Below, piece after piece: positions 58,531-64,000 of a stretch of DNA of 64,000 bases (positions are counted from its first letter, which is position 1; each line of letters begins with the position of its first letter). Position numbers and translations under genes: made by a program. The notes below the pieces were generated by a model. It had not been told where the DNA came from and made no database searches. It saw only the letters and a list, made by a program, of their open reading frames with translations. The stretch comes from Patescibacteria group bacterium (GTDB lineage Bacteria; Patescibacteriota; Minisyncoccia; Phycocordibacterales; UBA2100), in NCBI GenBank assembly GCA_038064835.1, contig JBBTSD010000011.1:1320-65319 (forward strand). Direction: 5' to 3'.

Positions 58531-60744
58531 TTAGTTGCGAGTGATGACCAATCGTGGCATCTCTCCTGCGCGGGTCTCGAGCACCATTGTGTCCTTGCTT
58601 GAAGCAAACGCTTCAGCGCGAGGAACAAAAGCTGGTGCCTCTTCCCGCTTTTTCTCAACGACAATCGGCTCAGGAGCAACCGGAGTTGGCTCCTTCGCGA
58701 TGATAACTTCGTTGAGAATCATAGCTTCTGGCTGTACTGATGCAGGTGCATAACGCATCTGGCGAGTACCGCCAAACATACTTGCAACACCACCGCGGTA
58801 ATGCGTAATCAGGTAGGCTGCGCCAAATGCCCATACCACCATACCAAGCCAGTAGATCATGCTGCCGATAGGGCCTGCATCGAATCCGGTGTATGGAATG
58901 CTGGTAAGCGAGACATACGGACTGCCAGTAACCGTGAGGTTTGTGTAACAATTCTGGCTACGACCGGTATTGTCATACACGGTGAGCACATAGTTACGCG
59001 AGCGTTCGGGACGCACCGACAATGTACCGCTTGGATACACTGCACCCAAACCATCAGAGAGCACTGCACGAGTCGCGCCATACGAACTCCACGATAAGAG
59101 TGACGATGCGCCATTCTGAATTGTCGATGGAGTCGCAATCAGCGTACACGAGAGTGCACCTGCACTGCCGACATACACAGTGGTCGAACAAGTATTCGAT
59201 CCGCCGTTGCTATACACCGTCATGGTGTAGGTCGTGGTGTATCCTGGATAGATTGCTTGATTGCCATTAACCGGGACCGAGCCAATAGCACTGATGCTTG
59301 CCGACATGGCATTGCTAGAGCTCCAGTTCAATGAAGAGTACTGGTTGCTCGAAACACTTGAAGGAGTTGCATAGATGCTACAGGTCGGCGCCGTTACTGG
59401 AATCGGTGTCGAGTAGACGCCGACGGTGGTCGAACAGGTATTACTGCCGCCACTTCCAGTAACAGTGAGTGTATAGGTACGAGTCGTGTAGAGGCCCGTG
59501 ATGACCCGAGAGCCATTAAGGGTCACTGAACCGTACTCGCTCAAGCTTGCAGTGTTTGCATTGTACGAACTCCAACTGAGTGTCGTGTTGCCGTTTTGCT
59601 GAAGTGAGCTTGGGTTTGCGGTAATCGTACAGCTAGGGATTTGTGTTTGTGTGTAGACAACCACCGAGCAATCACGCGTACCGCCTTGGCCATTCACCGT
59701 GAGGGTGTAAGTTCGGTTGCCAACAAGCCCGTTCACATAGCGTGAACCGCTGGTCGATACTGCGCCGTATCCCGAGAGGGATGCCGAGCTTGCTGCAGTC
59801 GAACTCCATGAGAGTGTGACCGAGCCGTTCTGCGCATATGTATTCGATGCGTAGATTGTACAGGTAGGAGCAGGAATGAATGGGTTGAAGGTGTTCACGA
59901 CATACTGTCCGCCACCGGTGACCTGGTAGACCATAGTCTTGCCAGTTGACGAACCGCCGCTATAGGAAGATCCGCCACTGTAAGAACTCCCACCATACGA
60001 ATAGCCACCGCCGGTAGTGGCCGGAGTCGATGCTGTGTAGGTTGGCGTTGCGTAGTCAGTGTAGGTGCGATCTGGCGTGAAGTGGTCGGTGTACTGGCGA
60101 TCAGGAGTAAAGTACTCCGTATATGGCCTGTCTGGAGTGAAGTAGTCGGTGTATGGCTGATCAAACGCATACAAAGACGAACCGGAATCGAACGCATACA
60201 ACGAAGAATCACTTCCGATGTTGTGAATGGTCGAACCGGAATCAAATCCGTAGAGGGATGAACCGCCATCGAACGCATACAACGAGGAATCGCTTCCAAA
60301 GTTGTGAATGGTCGAACCGGAATCAAATCCGTACAGAGATGAGCCACTGCCAAAACCGTAGAGGGATGAGCTTTCTCCAAACCCGTAAAAGAGTGAGGAG
60401 TCATCACTCATGCCATACAACGAAGACCCGTCGTTGAATCCGTAAAGTGAAGAGTCGCCTCCACCAAATGGGTAGAATGTTGAATCGCCGCCACCAAAAG
60501 GATAGAGCGAGGAATCACCGCCGCCATCGAATCCGTAGAACGAGGAATCACCTCCGCCAAATCCGTAGAACGACGAATCTCCGCAACACGCATCATCAAG
60601 ATATGCATGCGCTGAAGCAGGAAGACCTGCCGCAGTGAGGCTCGCGAGCACGAACATCGACGCGCTCAAGAACGCAACCATCTTTGTTTTCTGTGTGCTG
60701 GTAATAAAACTCATATATGTGTAATTAACGCGTTTGTAACCCAT
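58531..60744 (-). CDS. cell-surface type-I membrane protein with Gly/Ser/Tyr tandem repeats and five Ig-like beta-sandwich repeats
   Basis: Signal peptide; GGDSSFYGF-type repeats; FTPDRxYTxY repeats; SWSS...YTLTV domains; C-terminal TM (IYWLGMVVWAFGAAYLI) and cytoplasmic tail. Confidence 0.6.
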   Translation of the reverse strand: MGYKRVNYTYMSFITSTQKTKMVAFLSASMFVLASLTAAGLPASAHAYLDDACCGDSSFYGFGGGDSSFYGFDGGGDSSLYPFGGGDSTFYPFGGGDSSLYGFNDGSSLYGMSDDSSLFYGFGESSSLYGFGSGSSLYGFDSGSTIHNFGSDSSLYAFDGGSSLYGFDSGSTIHNIGSDSSLYAFDSGSSLYAFDQPYTDYFTPDRPYTEYFTPDRQYTDHFTPDRTYTDYATPTYTASTPATTGGGYSYGGSSYSGGSSYSGGSSTGKTMVYQVTGGGQYVVNTFNPFIPAPTCTIYASNTYAQNGSVTLSWSSTAASSASLSGYGAVSTSGSRYVNGLVGNRTYTLTVNGQGGTRDCSVVVYTQTQIPSCTITANPSSLQQNGNTTLSWSSYNANTASLSEYGSVTLNGSRVITGLYTTRTYTLTVTGSGGSNTCSTTVGVYSTPIPVTAPTCSIYATPSSVSSNQYSSLNWSSSNAMSASISAIGSVPVNGNQAIYPGYTTTYTMTVYSNGGSNTCSTTVYVGSAGALSCTLIATPSTIQNGASSLLSWSSYGATRAVLSDGLGAVYPSGTLSVRPERSRNYVLTVYDNTGRSQNCYTNLTVTGSPYVSLTSIPYTGFDAGPIGSMIYWLGMVVWAFGAAYLITHYRGGVASMFGGTRQMRYAPASVQPEAMILNEVIIAKEPTPVAPEPIVVEKKREEAPAFVPRAEAFASSKDTMVLETRAGEMPRLVITRN
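60150..60560. repeat. tandem DNA repeats (~120-bp and ~30-bp units) encoding the GxxSSLYGF repeats
   Basis: Near-identical blocks: gaatcgaacgcatacaacgaagaatcacttccgatgttgtgaatggtcgaaccggaatcaaatccgta... Confidence 0.7.
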
Positions 60745-60843
60745 TCACTAGTAAGGCGTCTATTATATAACGAATCATACCCCTGTGTCAAGGAGCTTTG
60801 GTGGGAAGGAGCCTGGTGTCTTTTTTGAGACCAGTATGCAAAA

Positions 60844-60876
60844 AGACGGGGGATGAATCCCCCGTCTTGCTTTTCT
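60844..60876. terminator. bidirectional terminator (agacggggga-tgaat-cccccgtct)
   Basis: Perfect stem plus T-tracts; marks the shift to a >62% GC region. Confidence 0.7.
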
Positions 60877-60889
60877 GTATCTCTGCGAC

Positions 60890-61336
60890 TCAATCCACTG
60901 GGCACTGAAGCCCCGGAAAGAGGCAGACTGGATTGTCTTCGGGCGTTCTCCCGAGTCTCAGATGGTCGTCGACCTCCTGTTCCTCGAATCGCGCACCGAT
61001 TTGTCCGGATTCATTGCACACCCGGACGAAACCGCCCTGGTCGCGAACCTTCTCGAACCAATGCCGGCCGAGACAGATCACGCCAGCGGTGCCGAGCGAG
61101 CGAGCGTGCAGATCTGGTTCACCGGCCCCAGTGACCCGCCAGTAACTGCCATCCTCTTTCACAAGGTGAACAACTACTTTGCCCGGCTGGGGCTGGCGAA
61201 CATGAATGCAGACCAGTGGGCCCGCGTACGCAACGGGACCTTTCGGCCGCGCCGCGCAATGCACCCCGCAGTCCTGCGCACTGACGCTGGTGGCGTCAAA
61301 GAACAGAACCGCGATCAGAAGCAGTAGTCGCTTCAT
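60890..61336 (-). CDS. secreted hypothetical protein (high-GC region)
   Basis: Signal peptide MKRLLLLIAVLFFDATSVSA; SD gaggagag. Confidence 0.5.
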   Translation of the reverse strand: MKRLLLLIAVLFFDATSVSAQDCGVHCAARPKGPVAYAGPLVCIHVRQPQPGKVVVHLVKEDGSYWRVTGAGEPDLHARSLGTAGVICLGRHWFEKVRDQGGFVRVCNESGQIGARFEEQEVDDHLRLGRTPEDNPVCLFPGLQCPVD

Positions 61337-61416
61337 TTTTCTCTCCTCAGTGTGGGTTCAGGTAAGAAAGGAGGCGGTCGCTTGCGCGCCCGCCTCCCAA
61401 TAGTCTCACCACCGCA

Positions 61417-61818
61417 TCACCGGCAGAAGCCGCGATGGCATGCCTGGATGGCGGCCACGGCCTCGGCGACCGAAGCTGCATAGCTCCCGTTGAGGGGCCA
61501 CTGGCCTCGGCAGACCGCGCCGCTCAGTCGAATCCCCCGACTCCGGAGCCCGTGAGGATTCGTTTGCATTTGGACTGCAAACGCGAACTGCTGAGCGTCG
61601 AAGTCCCCGTCATCAGCAATGTCCCGCTGTTGCGGCAGTCCGAGCGCCGCGAGGCACTGAATTGCCACGTCGACAGGATCCATGCGGTTGGGAACCGGTG
61701 GAGCCTTGGCGACGGCTCTGGGGGCCGGTGCGGGGGCGTACGGAGGCGGGCCGCTCTGCGCGAACGCAGAGCCGGTGCTGATGGTGAGGGCAGTCAAGGC
61801 AGTCGCGATGATTTTCAT
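61417..61818 (-). CDS. secreted small protein (start at MMKIIATAL)
   Basis: Signal peptide, Pro/Ala-rich. The track ORF is longer (to 62091). Confidence 0.45.
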   Translation of the reverse strand: MKIIATALTALTISTGSAFAQSGPPPYAPAPAPRAVAKAPPVPNRMDPVDVAIQCLAALGLPQQRDIADDGDFDAQQFAFAVQMQTNPHGLRSRGIRLSGAVCRGQWPLNGSYAASVAEAVAAIQACHRGFCR

Positions 61819-61860
61819 CATGGCGGGTAGTCCCTTTCTGTGGTTTTGAAGATCAGTTGG

Positions 61861-61917
61861 CTCAGACCGAAATCTGAGCTCTGGCAGCATGATAGCATCT
61901 TTGTTGTATAAAGTCAA
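61861..61917 (-). promoter_or_regulatory. TTGACT-17-TATCAT promoter plus conserved 5'-leader hairpin (gctcaga-tttcgg-tctgagc)
   Basis: Shares the leader motif GAGCnCnGATTTCGGTCTGnGCCAA with the element at 63061-63118; compensatory T/A vs A/T in the stem. Confidence 0.55.
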
Positions 61918-61964
61918 GGGCCGGCAATTTCTTGCCGGCCCCCATTTCGTCAGTCTCCCCTCCC

Positions 61965-61995
61965 CCATGTTCGACTTACGAAGTCGAACATGGGC
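61965..61995. repeat. REP family 2, copy d (variant atgttcgactt-acg-aagtcgaacat)
   Basis: Compensatory G>C change on both arms. Adjacent hairpin ggccggcaa-tttc-ttgccggcc at 61922-61945. Confidence 0.8.
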
Positions 61996-62009
61996 TTGGG
62001 AACGGAACT

Positions 62010-62420
62010 TCACCGCACCTTGTACATCCAGGTGCAGGTGTCCTCGTCGAGCAGTGCGTCCTCGGGGATGTGCCGAGGCCGAGCGCCACACTTGGCCGCC
62101 GGAGCGGGAAGCGGGGCAACGGCTGCAGGCGGAGGCGCGCGTTTCAGCGCGGGCTCACCAAGGCCGGGAAGCATCTCCTCGCCTCCTTTCAGAGAGGCTG
62201 GGGCGATGACATCGCCTCGAAGAGCCGACGGAGCCCTCGGCGTCGAACTGCTTCCTCCGAAGAGAAAGTAGCCAACGAAAAGGGTCACGATGACCGCAAA
62301 GAGCACGGCACCCCACATACGGGTCTGATGGTCGCCCTTAGACATGTGGGTGACCGCCGGACGAGCGGCGGGGCGGGGCGGAGGCAATGGCCCGGGGCCA
62401 GGGTTGTTTGTTCCGTTCAT
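62010..62420 (-). CDS. Pro-rich single-pass membrane protein, hypothetical
   Basis: Start at MNGTNNPGP with SD aaggatgg; TM MWGAVLFAVIVTLFVGYFLF. Confidence 0.4.
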   Translation of the reverse strand: MNGTNNPGPGPLPPPRPAARPAVTHMSKGDHQTRMWGAVLFAVIVTLFVGYFLFGGSSSTPRAPSALRGDVIAPASLKGGEEMLPGLGEPALKRAPPPAAVAPLPAPAAKCGARPRHIPEDALLDEDTCTWMYKVR

Positions 62421-62534
62421 TTCTTCAACCATCCTTTCGTATGCCGCCACGCGCGGCGAGTTTATCGGGCCCATTCGATGTCCTTTCGAAATGGGGTGGG
62501 CCTGCGTTGTGTCGCAGGCTCCACGGGTTGGGAA

Positions 62535-63011
62535 TCAGTGGTACTGTCGGGTAACGCACCCGCCAGGAACACGGACTCCGGGTGGCGGACAGGGCGCTTC
62601 CTCAACGCCATGTCGCGCGCAACGGCCACCCTCCAGGTTGAATCCTGGCGGACACGCCGGCGCGGTTGCTCGCCCCGGACCGGGGTGGGCACGCCGATAG
62701 TCTGGCACCTCCCCATATCCTGATCCTGGACCACGCACCGCACCGTTACCAGTGTAGAGCGGGGCCGGCGGACCTGGGGGCGGAGCATAGACCGGCGACG
62801 GATTGTAGAGTGCCGCCGGAGCCGTCTGGCTCGTCGAAGCACCGAAAAGACGCGAGTGAAGCTGACAGCCCCATCCGTCCCTCAGGCGCCCATCGCCAGA
62901 CGAGGTGGCTCTGCAAAACTCGCCGAGAACCGAACCTACCACCAGGTGATAGATCAGGAACGCGCCGAGAATCCAGAGCCCCGCCTTAACGAGCGGGTGA
63001 TCCCATTTCAT
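62535..63011 (-). CDS. Pro-rich single-pass membrane protein with repeated CPPGxxxxGGxC motif
   Basis: Strong SD aaggaggtg 5 nt before the ATG at 63011; TM LWILGAFLIYHLVVG. Confidence 0.5.
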   Translation of the reverse strand: MKWDHPLVKAGLWILGAFLIYHLVVGSVLGEFCRATSSGDGRLRDGWGCQLHSRLFGASTSQTAPAALYNPSPVYAPPPGPPAPLYTGNGAVRGPGSGYGEVPDYRRAHPGPGRATAPACPPGFNLEGGRCARHGVEEAPCPPPGVRVPGGCVTRQYH

Positions 63012-63060
63012 CGTCACCTCCTTGGCGCATTGCGCGCCCTGGTTTAAAGACCTTAGTTTG

Positions 63061-63118
63061 GCACAGACCGAAATCCGTGCTCTTCCAGTATTATACACCC
63101 AAGAAAGCTGTTTGTCAA
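63061..63118 (-). promoter_or_regulatory. TTGACA-17-TATAAT promoter plus conserved 5'-leader hairpin (gcacgga-tttcgg-tctgtgc)
   Basis: Perfect consensus hexamers on the minus strand; the hairpin begins ~3 nt after the predicted TSS. Confidence 0.6.
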
Positions 63119-63305
63119 ACTTTCCACTTGTACAATATCTTACCACCACTCCTCAGCGGCACGCGCCTCGCCCAGCAGGCTCGGCGCTCAGTCCTCGACA
63201 CTTTTCCTGTCTACGCAGGACCATGCAAAAGTGTCTGCGGAGTCCGCTTTGGAGTGGCGGTAAGATGCATGACAGCAATCACTCTCAACAAGAAAAACGC
63301 CAAGC

Positions 63306-63746
63306 TCAGGAGCTTGGCGTCTTGCGGTACACGAAATTTTCGAAAGCAATACAGGGCCCGGTAATTGACGCCGTCGTGGTAGACGGATCGATGATTGCCG
63401 TACCGCAGTAATTCGAGATCGGGTCATAGTGCCCGATGGCGAGCTTCTGTCGTGGAAGCACCACTGCAAATCCAGGTTTGTCCCAGACATACACAGTGAG
63501 TTTGTTGGGGGCGAACACCTTGGCGTCAGGATTGCACTCGCGAAGCATTGCTTCACTAAGACCGGGTGCACCCACCGTCATCCAATAGCCAGTTCCCCGG
63601 CGATCAGTACGAAGATTCGGATGCGATACAGTCAACGAGAAGCACTTCTTCTCGTCGATTTTAGTCGGCGCGCTTTTTACCATTTGCGCGTGTGCGCTGA
63701 CACTCAAAAGTACCAGCACGAAAAGGGCGTAGATTCCCCTTCCCAT
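63306..63746 (-). CDS. secreted hypothetical protein
   Basis: Start at MGRGIYALFVLVLLSVSAHA (signal peptide). Confidence 0.4.
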   Translation of the reverse strand: MGRGIYALFVLVLLSVSAHAQMVKSAPTKIDEKKCFSLTVSHPNLRTDRRGTGYWMTVGAPGLSEAMLRECNPDAKVFAPNKLTVYVWDKPGFAVVLPRQKLAIGHYDPISNYCGTAIIDPSTTTASITGPCIAFENFVYRKTPSS

Positions 63747-63947
63747 GACAAACTCCTCTCGGGTTGCTTGGCTGCTTCTGGAGTAACTATGCCATGCCTG
63801 TATGTTTTGTCTATTGAAGACGAGTGTGGTGATTGCGACATCCAAGCGCAAAGATGTATAAAAAATTGCAACCGTCGATCTTCAGCCGTCTCGGTACAAA
63901 ACGAGACCGCAGCACGAATGCCGCGGTCTTTCTTCTGTCATTTCTTC

Positions 63948-64000
63948 GTCGTGGTCTCAGGGAGTGTCGTAATCCGACCGCAGTTTCTTCTTGTACTCGC
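63948..64000 (-). CDS. 3' end of a minus-strand ORF running off the window
   Basis: Open frame ending at the TGA at 63948-63950, preceded by the hairpin gagaccgcagc/gccgcggtct. Too short to call. Confidence 0.2.

Noticed and set aside
1-64000. CRISPR arrays, tRNA and rRNA genes
   Set aside because: No regularly spaced short direct repeats were found. The 4-copy 160-bp repeat is dispersed, not arrayed. No cloverleaf-like or rRNA-like stretches were recognised in intergenic regions by eye; a tRNAscan/Infernal run would be needed to confirm.

Overview
This looks like a bacterial chromosomal segment with about 48-50% GC background and compact, tightly spaced genes. Several essential proteins are minimal: ThrRS lacks its N-terminal domains (425 aa), SMC is 737 aa, DnaE is 1054 aa, and NusB is fused to a NUDIX hydrolase. 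That is consistent with a reduced-genome, CPR/Parcubacteria-like organism, but this is inference from architecture only. The housekeeping core recognisable by motif includes LemA/DUF2207, groES-groEL, secG, an oligopeptide-type ABC substrate-binding protein, RNase J, an MFS transporter, a MutY-like glycosylase, endonuclease III, DinB, VKOR, an L,D-transpeptidase, RNase R, SMC, RNase III, rpmF, RNase HII, DnaE and ThrRS. Around these sits an unusually dense set of small structured repeats and mobile genes. There are two different REP-associated tyrosine transposases (RAYTs), each with its own hairpin (REP) family. One RAYT is frameshifted. The other carries an in-frame copy of its own REP. There is also a 160-bp MITE-like structured repeat in four copies with compensatory stem changes, one copy overlapping the groEL stop codon. 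A third palindromic family occurs beside lemA and upstream of groES, and an IS481-like transposase abuts rpmF. Between REP copies lies a 5'-truncated RHS C-terminal toxin with an immunity-like gene, followed by an orphan GIY-YIG-type toxin module and a second immunity-like gene. The window also has a hicB-hicA pair inside an rpmF-nusB::nudix-rnc operon, and several high-GC islands (about 62-67% GC) encoding secreted or membrane-anchored proteins. Two of these share a conserved sigma70 promoter and a covarying 5'-leader hairpin. Finally there is an operon of three very large soluble coiled-coil proteins (1071, 259 and 1570 aa) with no recognisable domains. No rRNA, tRNA or CRISPR array was recognised.
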